A stretch of DNA of 64,000 nucleotides from positions 13,940 to 77,939 of the forward strand of contig CANPJW010000003.1 of NCBI GenBank assembly GCA_947574505.1. Direction: 5' to 3'. Below, one piece after another: positions 52,893 through 63,092 of this stretch. The notes beneath the pieces are model-generated. The model was not told where the DNA came from and ran no database searches. It saw only the letters and a list, made by a program, of their open reading frames with translations. Source of the DNA: an uncultured Bacteroides sp. GTDB lineage: Bacteria > Bacteroidota > Bacteroidia > Bacteroidales > Bacteroidaceae. A program made the position numbers and the translations under genes. Every line of letters starts with the position of its first letter. Position 1 is the stretch's first letter.

Positions 52893-53372
52893 GTGATAAT
52901 CAATATTACTATTTGCGTAGCGGCAATTATACTACTATTTAAGGGAATTTCCTTGATATTAAGAACGGTGATGGTCTGGATGATGTTTGTTGGTATAATG
53001 AAGAATAGCAGAATAAAGATGTATGGAAGGGTTGTGGAGGTACAGACTAAGACTTATAGTAGCGATGATGGTGATATTACTGCGAATTGTCCCATAGTGG
53101 AGTATAAATCGGATGAAGAGAAAGAAATGCATCGTCGAATAGCCACCTATGATTTTATCGTGGAAACGGCTCATTGTTCTCATAAGTTATATTCTCAAAA
53201 GACACCTCACGTAGGAGATAAGGTAACGGTTATATGCAATCCGAAGACTCCGGATGAAATCTTGGCATTTTCCACTATGCCTCTTACAAGATTATTTGGT
53301 AAACTGTTTGCTCCGGGATGTTTCTATGTGGTAGCAAGTGTCTTAGGCATCTGTTATGTATTTATTAAATGA
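52893..53372 (+). CDS. DUF3592-like membrane protein
   Basis: TM - GRVV..PIVEY..VGDKVTVICNP - TM architecture. Confidence 0.65.
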   Translation: MIINITICVAAIILLFKGISLILRTVMVWMMFVGIMKNSRIKMYGRVVEVQTKTYSSDDGDITANCPIVEYKSDEEKEMHRRIATYDFIVETAHCSHKLYSQKTPHVGDKVTVICNPKTPDEILAFSTMPLTRLFGKLFAPGCFYVVASVLGICYVFIK

Positions 53373-53408
53373 CTGATAATGGAGTAAAGCACTCTCTCCT
53401 GAAAATAA

Positions 53409-53444
53409 ATTACCCCTGTCACAGATAGCTGTAGCAGGGGTAAT
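53409..53444. terminator. Terminator hairpin between convergent genes
   Basis: ATTACCCCTG...CAGGGGTAAT. Confidence 0.7.
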
Positions 53445-53476
53445 CTTATTATTGGGATATTTTAACGCACTTTCAA

Positions 53477-53854
53477 TTACTTCTGTGGAAGTATCTCAAT
53501 CCAATAGTCGTCCGGGTCGTTGATGAAATAAAGCCCCATGGCAGTATTTTCAAAACATACACAATTCATTTCTTTGTGATAAGCCCTGACTGCATCATAA
53601 TCACCGGCCACACGAAAACAGAGATGGCTTTCATTTTCGCCCAGTTCATACGGAGCGGTATGATTTTTCAGCCAAGTCAATTCCAGAAGAAAGCCCGTCT
53701 CGTTATCTGTCAGATAAACTAACGTGAACGAACCGTCGGAAGCTTCTTTCCGGTGATGTTCTTTCAAGCCGAGCGCTTTCTCGTAGAAAGCAATGCTACG
53801 TTCCAGATTTGTTACATTGATATTGAAATGGTCAAATTTACTTTTTATTTCCAT
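53477..53854 (-). CDS. gloA: Lactoylglutathione lyase (VOC family)
   Basis: HFNINVTNLERSIAFY, LELTW, HLCF, DPDDYWIE. Confidence 0.85.
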   Translation of the reverse strand: MEIKSKFDHFNINVTNLERSIAFYEKALGLKEHHRKEASDGSFTLVYLTDNETGFLLELTWLKNHTAPYELGENESHLCFRVAGDYDAVRAYHKEMNCVCFENTAMGLYFINDPDDYWIEILPQK

Positions 53855-53868
53855 TGTTGCAATCTTTT

Positions 53869-55014
53869 TTATCTTTTCATTAAGAGCTTCACAATCTCAC
53901 CGACATATGTACGGGGTTGTCCAGCTTGCGGAGCGGTTTGTGAAGGCAGTTTTTTACATTCAATAACAGCCGACGGAGTTGTTTGGTTCGGAGCATAGAG
54001 TTTCAGTGTATAACTGTCCGCTTTTTCGATGGCATCATAAGACTGTTCGGGAGAAAGCGTGCAGTAAGCCACGGCCTTGCCCGACTGATAACCCAGCGCA
54101 CCACCGGCATTTGCAGTCATATTTGTCATGTTGAACTCATCCTTTCCGATACTGATAACCAATTTTCCGCTTCCCATTAAAGCATATACTTCGCCCGGAA
54201 TCTGCTTCAAATTAACCTCTGTATAACCCGGCATATCTGCAGAAACCTTGCCTGCAGGAGTAGCAGGAGTAAGAGTTGCGGCGGGAACAGTCTTCTGGGC
54301 AGGTTCGGTAGTCGTCACTTTAATATCAGTCTTCGCATTTGTGCCACCAATGACAATAGGCCCTGCGGCTGCAACGATTGACGGAGTCTTCTGCTCTTCT
54401 TCCTTCTTCTTTTTCTCTGCTCTCGGACGAGTATCCGGTGCTCCGAAAGCTACGGCTACATCCATGAATATATCATCCGCGAAATCTACCGTTTTTCTAC
54501 GCCATTTAGCCAATCCGCGCACCAGTTTGGTCTTCGTTTTGTTAAGCGCATATTTGTCGGTAATCCATTCTTCCGCTTTATATTTTTCAGTATCGCGGTA
54601 GGTAAAACGTATCTTTTCCAGTTCTACCAGGCAGTTTCCGGGTTTGCAAGTCACTGTAATCTGGTAATTGATAAGAGTACGGTCTAAAGACAATGCACTG
54701 GAACTGAATACAATCCATTCTTCTCCCACACCGGCAATAGTGCCTTTGTCTTCGTCGGAAAAGACGATGCGGCTGTCGATGTTCTTATTTTCTTTCAGGC
54801 GTTCGTCCATCCACTTCATTACTGTATTGTAGATTTGTGTCCGGCTCATTCCGGGAATCTGGAATTCCTTGGAGAATACTACTTTACCATCCACTTCGGG
54901 AACAGCCCCTACAAGATATCTGGTATCGTCTTTTTGGTCTTTTACAGAATTTGCCTTCATTGCCATCGGCAATGCGAGGAACAAGGTAAGAAACAGAATC
55001 GTAAATTTATTCAT
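53869..55014 (-). CDS. DUF4468-domain secreted protein
   Basis: Signal peptide from ATG 55014; YLVGAVPEVDGKVVF. Confidence 0.75.
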   Translation of the reverse strand: MNKFTILFLTLFLALPMAMKANSVKDQKDDTRYLVGAVPEVDGKVVFSKEFQIPGMSRTQIYNTVMKWMDERLKENKNIDSRIVFSDEDKGTIAGVGEEWIVFSSSALSLDRTLINYQITVTCKPGNCLVELEKIRFTYRDTEKYKAEEWITDKYALNKTKTKLVRGLAKWRRKTVDFADDIFMDVAVAFGAPDTRPRAEKKKKEEEQKTPSIVAAAGPIVIGGTNAKTDIKVTTTEPAQKTVPAATLTPATPAGKVSADMPGYTEVNLKQIPGEVYALMGSGKLVISIGKDEFNMTNMTANAGGALGYQSGKAVAYCTLSPEQSYDAIEKADSYTLKLYAPNQTTPSAVIECKKLPSQTAPQAGQPRTYVGEIVKLLMKR

Positions 55015-55027
55015 AATTATAATGTGT

Positions 55028-55759
55028 TTATTTGGTAATTTCAAAACTTTCACCCCGATGGGTGATGCTGATAAAACGGCATCCTGCATTTTCGGCAAAA
55101 CTTTGAAGCGCGTTGCCGCCTTCGTAATCTTCACTGAAGTGCATGGGCACAAATATAGTAGTTTTTATTTGTTCGATGAACTGTTTTGCCCCTTTCATGT
55201 AATCTTTTCCCATTCTCCGGTCTACCGGAAACAGTGCTAAATCAATGTTTGGCGCTTTTTCTTTTAAATATTTAACTTCTGCAAGGAAATCACCGTTGGC
55301 TTTTCGTATCTCAGTTTCGGTAGATTCTTCACTCCAGTGCCAGTTGTTCAGGTCGCCGGCATGGAAAATACTCCAACCTTGCAGATGAATCAGGAACGAA
55401 CTGCCTACATCCGTCGAGCCGAACGCGTCAATGCGGATGGTGTCATCCTCGTAGGTTTCTCCTTTCTTAATATAGAAAGCATCTTCGGTTTTGGCGCGGT
55501 GTGATTTCAGGATGTCTTTGGAGAAGATATATTGAATGTCGGGACGTTGTTCTTTCCACGCCAATATCTCACGGTTGAAGTGATCGGGATGGAAATGGGT
55601 AGCCAAGACGTACAGTTTACCCGGCCTTTGCAGGAGATAGTCATGTACGATTCCCCGGTTATGTTCGGATTCGGAAGAATCTTTGTAGTAATCAATGATA
55701 ACGGTCATGCCTTCCGCTTCGATGGCGAAACCGCTGTGATAAATATAATCCAGTGTCAT
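55028..55759 (-). CDS. MBL-fold metallo-hydrolase
   Basis: HSGF, THFHPDH, FHAGD, PMH. Confidence 0.9.
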   Translation of the reverse strand: MTLDYIYHSGFAIEAEGMTVIIDYYKDSSESEHNRGIVHDYLLQRPGKLYVLATHFHPDHFNREILAWKEQRPDIQYIFSKDILKSHRAKTEDAFYIKKGETYEDDTIRIDAFGSTDVGSSFLIHLQGWSIFHAGDLNNWHWSEESTETEIRKANGDFLAEVKYLKEKAPNIDLALFPVDRRMGKDYMKGAKQFIEQIKTTIFVPMHFSEDYEGGNALQSFAENAGCRFISITHRGESFEITK

Positions 55760-55959
55760 AAGCTGAATGTTTTATAGTTGCAATATTACATATTCTAGTT
55801 GGAGTTGCCAAGAAAAAACGACGAAATCAGGGAGCAAGATGACTGATTTCCCATTCGCCGTCCGGTTGCAGGGGCACGGCTCTTTCATTTAGGATTTCGT
55901 TGCTCATTCAAAAATGTTGTTATTTTATAGGGAGTGCTTCCTAGGGTGGTTAGGGTGCT

Positions 55960-56180
55960 TTTTGCTGCTCAGAAAAAGAGCTTTGATTGAAACGGTCGAT
56001 GGCGAACTGAAGAATATGACACAGATAGAACACTCCAGACATCGTTCATTCAATAACTTCATAGCCAACTCTTTCGGCTATCGCAGCATACTGCTTTTTT
56101 GAGAAGAAGCCCGCTATTGACGTGAATTTTGTCAATGACGGACAACTGTCTATTTTCTGATTATATTTCGAATTCATGTT
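55960..56180 (+). mobile_element. IS982-family remnant (transposase 3' end and degenerate right end)
   Basis: [29 protein letters not shown], then frameshifted [20 protein letters not shown]; ends TTCGAATTCATGTT. Confidence 0.8.
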
Positions 56181-56378
56181 AATTTATTATACTATAAAAA
56201 TGTAAAAACAGGTGGGTTTGTTTGCTTTTCGATTGATGATAAATGTAGATTGTTTCATTAGAAACAGTTTGTTTTTTCAATTAAAATGGGCGGGTGAATG
56301 AAAATAAATGCACAAACATATATTCTGTGTGCAATAATGTTGTATCTTTGCGCCCGAAATAATTTAAAAAAGATTTAG

Positions 56379-57773
56379 ATGAGAAAAATTTCCTTGATTG
56401 GATTTGTGATGCTAATCGTTTCAATTCCAACTTTTGCCGGAGGTCTTCTGACAAATACTAATCAACACGCTGCTTTTCTTCGTATGTTATCTCGTGGTGC
56501 TACTATCGAAATAGATGGTGCCTTGTCTAATCCTGCCGGTTTGGCTTTTTTGCCGAATGATGGTTTCTATATGGGTTTGAGTATTCAGAGTGCTTTTCAA
56601 ACAAGAAATATTGATGCCAGCTTTTTGACGTATAATGGTTTTAGTGGCATTGATCCTACTACCCATCAACCAATTCTTACTCATTCAGAAAAACCATATT
56701 CTAAATATTATGAAGGAAAGGCTGCTGCTCCTATTATTCCGAGTGTATTTGCAGCTTATAAAAAAGGTGATTGGACTATTTCCGGTTTCTTTGCAATTAC
56801 CGGTGGAGGTGGTAAAGCTTCATTTGATGACGGTTTGCCAATGTTTGAGTCGGTGGCTATGGCAGGTATCTTTCAGGAAAGTTTAAAGAAACATTTAACT
56901 TCTGGTGGAAAAAGCCCTATCGTTATTCCTGGTATGTATGACATTAGCACTGCTATGGATGGCAAGCAATATATTTATGCATTGCAATTAGGGTTATCTT
57001 ATAAAATAAATGATTGGCTTTCTGCTTTTGCGGGAGGACGCATGAATTATTTTACTGGTGGTTATGTGGGCTTTTTGGATGCTAAAATGAAAGCAGACTT
57101 AGGAGGAGCCGACTTGATGCATTTGGCTTTAGACTGTGATCAGACAGGTTGGGGATTCACTCCCGTTATTGGTGTGGATGCTAAGTTGGGTAAATTGAAT
57201 ATTGGTGCTAAGTATGAATTCAAGACTAATCTTAATATAGAAAACAATACAAAAAAAATTGAAGCTTCTGTAGAAACGGATGCACTGGCACCTTTCAAAC
57301 ATGGTGTGAACACTCCTAATGATATACCTTCCATGCTTTCTGTTGCGGCTGCTTATGAATTTCTACCTGTACTGCGTGCATCTGTAGAATACCATTTCTA
57401 TGATGACAGGAAAGCGGGAATGGCTGATGGAAAACAGAAATATCTGACAAAGGGAACAAACGAATATCTGATGGGAGTCGAATGGGATGTAATCAAACGA
57501 TTGACCTTGAGTTGTGGTGGACAGATTACTGATTACGGATTGTCTGACAATTTTCAGAGCGATACCAGTTTCTCTTGCGACTCCTATACATTAGGAGTTG
57601 GAGCGAAAGTGGCATTGAGTGAAAGAGCTAACCTGAATGTTGGTTATATGTGGACTACCTATGAAGATTATACTAAAACTTCAAAGAATTATAATGGTAC
57701 GGGATTGTCCGGTACTAATGTATATAGCCGCACTAATAAAGTGTTTGGTGTGAGCCTTGACTACAAATTCTAA
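56379..57773 (+). CDS. OmpP1/FadL-family outer-membrane beta-barrel
   Basis: Signal peptide, GGLLTNTNQ, NPAGL, terminal YKF. Confidence 0.85.
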   Translation: MRKISLIGFVMLIVSIPTFAGGLLTNTNQHAAFLRMLSRGATIEIDGALSNPAGLAFLPNDGFYMGLSIQSAFQTRNIDASFLTYNGFSGIDPTTHQPILTHSEKPYSKYYEGKAAAPIIPSVFAAYKKGDWTISGFFAITGGGGKASFDDGLPMFESVAMAGIFQESLKKHLTSGGKSPIVIPGMYDISTAMDGKQYIYALQLGLSYKINDWLSAFAGGRMNYFTGGYVGFLDAKMKADLGGADLMHLALDCDQTGWGFTPVIGVDAKLGKLNIGAKYEFKTNLNIENNTKKIEASVETDALAPFKHGVNTPNDIPSMLSVAAAYEFLPVLRASVEYHFYDDRKAGMADGKQKYLTKGTNEYLMGVEWDVIKRLTLSCGGQITDYGLSDNFQSDTSFSCDSYTLGVGAKVALSERANLNVGYMWTTYEDYTKTSKNYNGTGLSGTNVYSRTNKVFGVSLDYKF

Positions 57774-57803
57774 TTGCGCATAATCCGTTACAATTTTATA
57801 GCA

Positions 57804-57838
57804 GAAGCCGTCTCAAACAACTGTTTTGAGGCGGCTTC
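57804..57838. terminator. Palindromic hairpin after the OMP gene
   Basis: GAAGCCGTCTCAAA...TTTGAGGCGGCTTC. Confidence 0.6.
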
Positions 57839-58146
57839 AAACTTTTATACTGACTTGATTAGAAAGAATACTGTACCAACATATTCGACCGATTGGCATG
57901 ACGGGGGTGAAGAATTGTGCTTGGGCACAGAGGAAAAATTCCCATCCCCGGTAGCATGGCTGCCATTTTAAAGCTTGTTTTCATTATAAGTTAAGTTTCA
58001 GATGAATGCCCAATGAACAACTAAAAAAGAAATGGTTGAGAAGCCCAAAGGAAAAATTGCCAAACTAATCGGAAGAATTGCTATTTATAACCATTCTAAA
58101 AAAGCGGATCTTTGTACCGTACTAATCAGATAAAAGAAATACGACG

Positions 58147-58650
58147 ATGGGAAAAGTGGAATTTACACAAGGAATATTAGATATACAATCAGATTTACAA
58201 CGCTTTGCGTATAAATTGACGGCAGATCGTGATTCTGCCAAAGATTTGGTTCAGGATTGTGTATTACAGGCATTGGATAATCATGAGAAGTTTGCATATA
58301 GTAAGAACCTCAAAGGATGGATGTACACACTTATGCGCAATATTTTTGTGAATAATTATCGTCGTACGATTCGTGAAATGAATATCATAGATGATACCTA
58401 TTCTATCCATCAGCAGCACATGATTGAAGATGAAGATGGTGACAAGTTTGAATTGGCTTATGATATGAAGCAACTGTATCGTGTATTACATTCTATTCCT
58501 GACGATATGAAAGTACCTTTTCAGATGTTTGTCGCCGGATTTAAGTATAGGGAGATTGCCGAAAAATTAGGATTGCCGATGGGAACGGTGAAGAGCCGTT
58601 TGTTCTTCATCCGTAAGCGGTTGAAAGAAGAACTGAAAGAATTTTCCTGA
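58147..58650 (+). CDS. ECF RNA polymerase sigma factor
   Basis: AKDLVQD, LKGWMYTLMRN, YREIAEKLGLPMGTVKSRLF. Confidence 0.93.
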   Translation: MGKVEFTQGILDIQSDLQRFAYKLTADRDSAKDLVQDCVLQALDNHEKFAYSKNLKGWMYTLMRNIFVNNYRRTIREMNIIDDTYSIHQQHMIEDEDGDKFELAYDMKQLYRVLHSIPDDMKVPFQMFVAGFKYREIAEKLGLPMGTVKSRLFFIRKRLKEELKEFS

Positions 58651-58691
58651 TATGATTTTTGATTAAGCGATATGTTCTTTAAGATGGATAG

Positions 58692-58734
58692 ATGAGCCTT
58701 CCTGCCATAGACGACAACTGGCGGGAAGGCTCAT
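58692..58734. terminator. Bidirectional terminator
   Basis: ATGAGCCTTCCTGCC...GGCGGGAAGGCTCAT. Confidence 0.75.
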
Positions 58735-58743
58735 TCTTTACTG

Positions 58744-59028
58744 TCAATCCAGCATTTCCTGTACTCTGTGTTTAGCTTTTTGAGCAGCCTCTTGTGCGGT
58801 ATGGGCTGCTTCCGTGGCTTTTTCTTTCACAGTGTTCGTTGCTTCTGTTGCCTTTTCCTGGACAACATGTGCAGCATGCTGTACTTTCTCTTTCAAGCTT
58901 TCGCCCGAATGTGAACTCGCTTCGGCACCTCTCTCTTTAGCTTCTTCAGCTCTCTCTTCAGCAAGCCGGGCATTTTCTTTTGCCTGCATTGCTGTTTCTT
59001 TTACGTCTTTTTTAAATTGATGTTCCAT
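58744..59028 (-). CDS. LEA-like hydrophilic stress protein
   Basis: 11-mer repeats (VQEKATEATNT, VKEKATEAAHT); A/E/K-rich. Confidence 0.7.
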   Translation of the reverse strand: MEHQFKKDVKETAMQAKENARLAEERAEEAKERGAEASSHSGESLKEKVQHAAHVVQEKATEATNTVKEKATEAAHTAQEAAQKAKHRVQEMLD

Positions 59029-59271
59029 GATCTGGTCTTTTAGTTAAACATGGATTTTAAACACATGGTCGTCTGAAAAGGATTCGCCTTTTAGGAAATT
59101 TTCATTCTTTTTCATTCATCCAAATATTTGTATCGGTAGCATTCTTCCTCTTTTTCGAGGATATTTATAGGTTGCAACCGGTCAATCATCAAATATCTTT
59201 TGCTTTTTCATAGTTTTTCCTCTATCTTTGCAACCCGAAAGAAAAAGAAAGTATGATACCGTGAATAGCGG

Positions 59272-59306
59272 TCGTGTATTCTAGAACACCACGTAAAAAA
59301 CAGGAA
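59272..59306 (+). promoter_or_regulatory. preQ1-I-like riboswitch aptamer (variant)
   Basis: CGTG-TATTCTAGAACAC-CACG-TAAAAAACAGG, directly before the queuosine operon ATG; promoter TATCTTTG at 59223-59230. Confidence 0.6.
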
Positions 59307-59308
59307 TT

Positions 59309-59989
59309 ATGAAAGAAAAAGTATCTGTACCCTTTATGCTGCTGGGTATTCTCTTTAATGTTTGCCTCATTGCAGCCAATCTTCTTGAAACGAAAGTAAT
59401 CCAAATCGGTAGCCTGACCGTGACCGCCGGATTATTGGTTTTTCCTATTTCTTATATAATCAATGATTGTATCGCCGAAGTTTGGGGATTTAAGAAAGCA
59501 CGCCTTATCATTTGGAGCGGTTTTGCGATGAACTTCTTTGTTGTAGCCCTCGGACTGATAGCAGTTGCCATTCCGGCTGCTCCTTTTTGGGAAGGCGAAG
59601 AACATTTTGATTTCGTATTCGGTATGGCTCCCCGCATTGTGGCTGCCAGTCTGATGGCATTCTTGGTCGGTTCGTTCCTTAATGCATATGTGATGAGTAA
59701 GATGAAAGTAGCCAGCCGGGGACGTAACTTTTCCGCCCGAGCCATTTGGTCGACTGTCGTGGGCGAGACGGCGGATTCATTGATTTTCTTTCCGGTTGCT
59801 TTTGGCGGAATTATTGCCTGGAAAGAACTGCTCATTATGATGGGAATCCAAATCGTACTGAAATCCATGTACGAAGTGATTATCCTTCCGGTGACTATCC
59901 GTGTGGTAAAAGCCATCAAGAAAATAGACGGTAGCGATGTTTACGATACCGATATTTCATACAATATACTGAACATAAAAGATATTTAA
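59309..59989 (+). CDS. Queuosine precursor transporter (VUT/YhhQ)
   Basis: AANLLETK, FPISYIINDCIAEVWG, RIVAASL, STVVGETADS; adjacent to queC. Confidence 0.92.
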   Translation: MKEKVSVPFMLLGILFNVCLIAANLLETKVIQIGSLTVTAGLLVFPISYIINDCIAEVWGFKKARLIIWSGFAMNFFVVALGLIAVAIPAAPFWEGEEHFDFVFGMAPRIVAASLMAFLVGSFLNAYVMSKMKVASRGRNFSARAIWSTVVGETADSLIFFPVAFGGIIAWKELLIMMGIQIVLKSMYEVIILPVTIRVVKAIKKIDGSDVYDTDISYNILNIKDI

Positions 59990-59997
59990 GATAAACA

Positions 59998-60657
59998 ATG
60001 AATAGAGAAGCAGCATTGGTTGTGTTCAGTGGTGGACAGGATTCCACCACTTGCCTGTATTGGGCGAAACGTAACTTTAAAAAAGTATATGCCTTGAGTT
60101 TCCTGTATGGTCAGAAACATCAGAAGGAGGTGGAACTTGCACGGGAAATAGCCCGTAAGGCGGAAGTGGAATTTGATGTGATGGATGTGTCCTTCATCGG
60201 GAAACTGGGACGTAACTCCCTGACTGACGATACAATGGTGATGGACCAGGAGAAACCGGCAGATAGTGCTCCCAATACATTTGTTCCGGGGCGTAACCTG
60301 TTCTTTCTAAGCATCGCAGCCGTATATGCCCGCGAACATGGCATCAATCACTTGGTTACAGGAGTTTCCCAAACAGATTTCAGCGGTTATCCCGATTGTC
60401 GGGATGCATTTATCAAGTCCCTTAATGTGACATTGAACCTGGCTATGGATGAACAATTTGTGATTCATACCCCTCTGATGTGGATTGATAAAGCGGAAAC
60501 ATGGGCTTTGGCAGACGAATTGGGAGTATTGGAACTGGTTCGCACCGAGACTTTGACATGCTATAATGGTGTTCAGGGAGATGGTTGCGGGCATTGTCCG
60601 GCTTGTACGCTGCGTCGGGAAGGACTGGAAAAGTATTTAAAAAGTAAGAATCAATAA
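59998..60657 (+). CDS. queC: 7-cyano-7-deazaguanine synthase
   Basis: SGGQDS, TFVPGRN, GYPDCR, CY..CGHCPAC. Confidence 0.97.
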   Translation: MNREAALVVFSGGQDSTTCLYWAKRNFKKVYALSFLYGQKHQKEVELAREIARKAEVEFDVMDVSFIGKLGRNSLTDDTMVMDQEKPADSAPNTFVPGRNLFFLSIAAVYAREHGINHLVTGVSQTDFSGYPDCRDAFIKSLNVTLNLAMDEQFVIHTPLMWIDKAETWALADELGVLELVRTETLTCYNGVQGDGCGHCPACTLRREGLEKYLKSKNQ

Positions 60658-60691
60658 TATCTCTACATAGAGATTAAAAATGCATTTTCTG

Positions 60692-61146
60692 CTGTCATCT
60701 GTCACATTGCTGTAGCTAATCGTTTGAGTATGAAACGAATGGTTTGTGACGGCAATTGGTGACAGCAACCAAATTCGACATTTTGCCGTCACATCCGTTA
60801 TCACCGGTAAGCTCTAATAAATAGGATAGTAGCTTCTGTTCGGGGGAATGTATCGGTTTAATTTAGTTTCAACGGTAAGAAACTGGAGTTTCAACGGTAA
60901 GAAACTAGAGTTTCAACAGTAAGAAACTAAAGTTTCTATTACTTGAAACTAGTAGTTCCAAGGCTTGAAACAACGTGTTTCAAGGCACAAAACATACCGT
61001 AACAAATAGGATGCGGATAAATCCCCCGTGGGTTAAAGAACTGACGGTGATAGGTGACAGATACGGTGATAGGTTGTAAAATGGATCATTCACTACTGAA
61101 ATACCTATGAATAAGGTATTTAGGACTAGTAGGTGATAGGTGAAAG
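60692..61146. mobile_element. Non-coding symmetric insert (MITE-like or cassette scar) with GTGAnAG-box arms
   Basis: Left end CTGTCATCTGTCAC and right end GTGATAGGTGAAAG are 11/14 inverted; multiple GTGAnAG boxes and a hairpin in each arm. Confidence 0.45.
60865..60995. repeat. Tandem array of about six 22-bp units AGTTTC-N8/9-GAAACT
   Basis: Units start at 60865, 60887, 60909 and 60931, then two degenerate units. Confidence 0.85.
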
Positions 61147-61194
61147 AGGGAATGTGTTCTTTATCTAGGGTAGGGATTGTAGTTAACGAGTACA

Positions 61195-61650
61195 ATGACA
61201 GAATTAAAAGACCAACTTTCTTTATTAGGAAGAAAGACCGAGTATAAACAAGATTATGCTCCTGAAGTATTGGAAGCCTTTGATAACAAGCATCCTGAGA
61301 ATGACTATTGGGTGCGTTTCAACTGCCCTGAATTTACAAGTTTGTGCCCCATCACCGGGCAGCCGGATTTTGCCGAAATACGTATCAGCTACATTCCTGA
61401 TATTAAAATGGTAGAAAGCAAGAGTTTGAAACTATATCTTTTCAGCTTCCGCAATCATGGCGCTTTTCATGAGGACTGCGTAAATATCATTATGAAAGAC
61501 CTTATTAAACTGATGAATCCCAAATACATTGAAGTGACAGGCATCTTTACTCCCCGTGGCGGTATCTCCATCTATCCGTATGCCAATTACGGTCGTCCGG
61601 GAACAAAATTCGAACAGATGGCGGAGCATCGTTTAATGAATCGGGAGTAA
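61195..61650 (+). CDS. queF: NADPH-dependent preQ0 reductase
   Basis: [32 protein letters not shown]. Confidence 0.97.
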   Translation: MTELKDQLSLLGRKTEYKQDYAPEVLEAFDNKHPENDYWVRFNCPEFTSLCPITGQPDFAEIRISYIPDIKMVESKSLKLYLFSFRNHGAFHEDCVNIIMKDLIKLMNPKYIEVTGIFTPRGGISIYPYANYGRPGTKFEQMAEHRLMNRE

Positions 61651-61653
61651 TAT

Positions 61654-62065
61654 ATGAATATTGCTGGCGGATGAAACCTTGCGACATTGGTTTACGGATG
61701 AACAACTGTTGCCAATGAAAGAAGCGATAGAAGATCATCGGGCTTCCAATAAACAGGCTCCGAGAAGCATCTATGGAAAAATAGTTGCCGAAGCCGACCG
61801 TATTATAGCTCCCGAAGTAACGTTGCGCCGTACTGTTCAATATGGATTGTCTCATTATCCGGAGATGGATAAAGAACAGCAATATGCTCGCTTTCGTAAA
61901 CATCTTAATGATAAGTATGCGGAAGGGGGATATTTGAAGTTATGGATACCTCAGTCGGATAATGCCGAACGTTTGGCAGAACTTCGGAAGTTGATTATGG
62001 ATGAAGAAGAGCTTCAACGAGTATTTGATGAACTTTATACAAATGAAAAAAATGGAGATGTGTAA
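61654..62065 (+). pseudogene. HD-domain phosphohydrolase gene missing its N-terminal half
   Basis: ATG AAT A at 61654 is out of frame with LLADETLR..EAIEDHRAS..IVAEADR; no HD motif. Confidence 0.65.
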
Positions 62066-62098
62066 TGCTCCATTCTTTCTTGATTTGTCCGGGAAGTA

Positions 62099-62572
62099 TT
62101 ACTCGTGATGATACGGCCCCCCGTTCAATATCGTCATCGCCCGATAAATCTGCTCCACGAATATCAGCCGGATCATCTGATGCGAGAAAGTCATTTTCGA
62201 CATTGAAATCTTTTCATGGGACGCTTGATACACTTTCTCGGAGAATCCGTAAGGTCCTCCGATGATGAAGACCAGCCGTTTGTTGACTGTATTCATTTTC
62301 CGCTTCATGTAATCGGCAAATTCAAGGGAGCGCATCTCTTTTCCGTGTTCATCGAGCAGTACCACCACATCTCCCGGTTGGAGAGCTTTCAGAATTAATT
62401 CACCTTCTTTTTCTTTCTGGACTTCCACCGAAAGGCTCTTCGTGTTTTTCAGTTCGGGGATAACTTCCATATCAAAAGTGATATAGCGTTTGGTGCGCTG
62501 TATATAGTCGTTGATAGCTGTAATATAGTGTTGTTCTACGGTTCGTCCAACGACGAGCAGGGTTGTTTTCAT
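62099..62572 (-). CDS. rlmH: 23S rRNA pseudouridine-1915 N3-methyltransferase
   Basis: LDEHGK, FIIGGPYG, SKMTFSHQMIRL, EQIYRA, PYHHE. Confidence 0.96.
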   Translation of the reverse strand: MKTTLLVVGRTVEQHYITAINDYIQRTKRYITFDMEVIPELKNTKSLSVEVQKEKEGELILKALQPGDVVVLLDEHGKEMRSLEFADYMKRKMNTVNKRLVFIIGGPYGFSEKVYQASHEKISMSKMTFSHQMIRLIFVEQIYRAMTILNGGPYHHE

Positions 62573-62699
62573 GTCTCTATAATTCTGATTAATGCACAAA
62601 AATAGGCATTTTTTATGTTATTCTGCAATTAATGCTTACCTTTGCCTATCATTAGTTGAAAGTTTAAGACTTTAAACTTCAACTTAAAAGCTTGTAATT

Positions 62700-63092
62700 A
62701 TGAAAAAACGAGTGCTCGTAGGAATGGCCGCTTTGCTTCTTTCCCTCTCGTTGCTTATGGCGCAAGAGATACCGGCAGGAGTGATTACGGCATTTAAAAG
62801 AGGAAGCTCGCAAGAGCTAAGTAAGTATATGGGGGACAAGGTAAACCTGGTGCTCCGAGGTCGCTCGACAAACGTTGACAAACAGAAAGCAACAGTTGCG
62901 ATGCAAGAATTCTTTACGGAGAATAAAGTCAGCGGATTTAATGTAAACCATCAGGGAAAACGGGACGAATCGAGTTTCGTTATCGGCACGTTGGCTACTA
63001 CGAAGGGAAGTTTCCGTGTGAATTGCTTCTTGAAGAAAGTACAGGATAAATGTTTAATACACCAAATAAGAATTGACAAAATCAATGAATAA
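62700..63092 (+). CDS. DUF4783-like secreted protein
   Basis: Signal peptide; AFKRG..F.VNHQG..IGTLAT..FRV. Confidence 0.75.
   Translation: MKKRVLVGMAALLLSLSLLMAQEIPAGVITAFKRGSSQELSKYMGDKVNLVLRGRSTNVDKQKATVAMQEFFTENKVSGFNVNHQGKRDESSFVIGTLATTKGSFRVNCFLKKVQDKCLIHQIRIDKINE

Noticed and set aside
55830-55908. Cobalamin riboswitch-like fragment upstream of the MBL hydrolase
   Set aside because: The B12-box and core motifs are missing. It reads equally well as a short gene remnant beside the IS scar.
57838-57984. Minus-strand remnant of a secreted-protein gene (MKTSFK..CAQAQF)
   Set aside because: It needs two compensating frameshifts to read as a signal peptide, which is too speculative.
60865-60995. 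CRISPR array (GTTTC...GAAAC units)
   Set aside because: The period is only 22 bp, the variable parts are 8-9 nt and partly identical, and there are no cas genes in the window. Kept as a tandem repeat.
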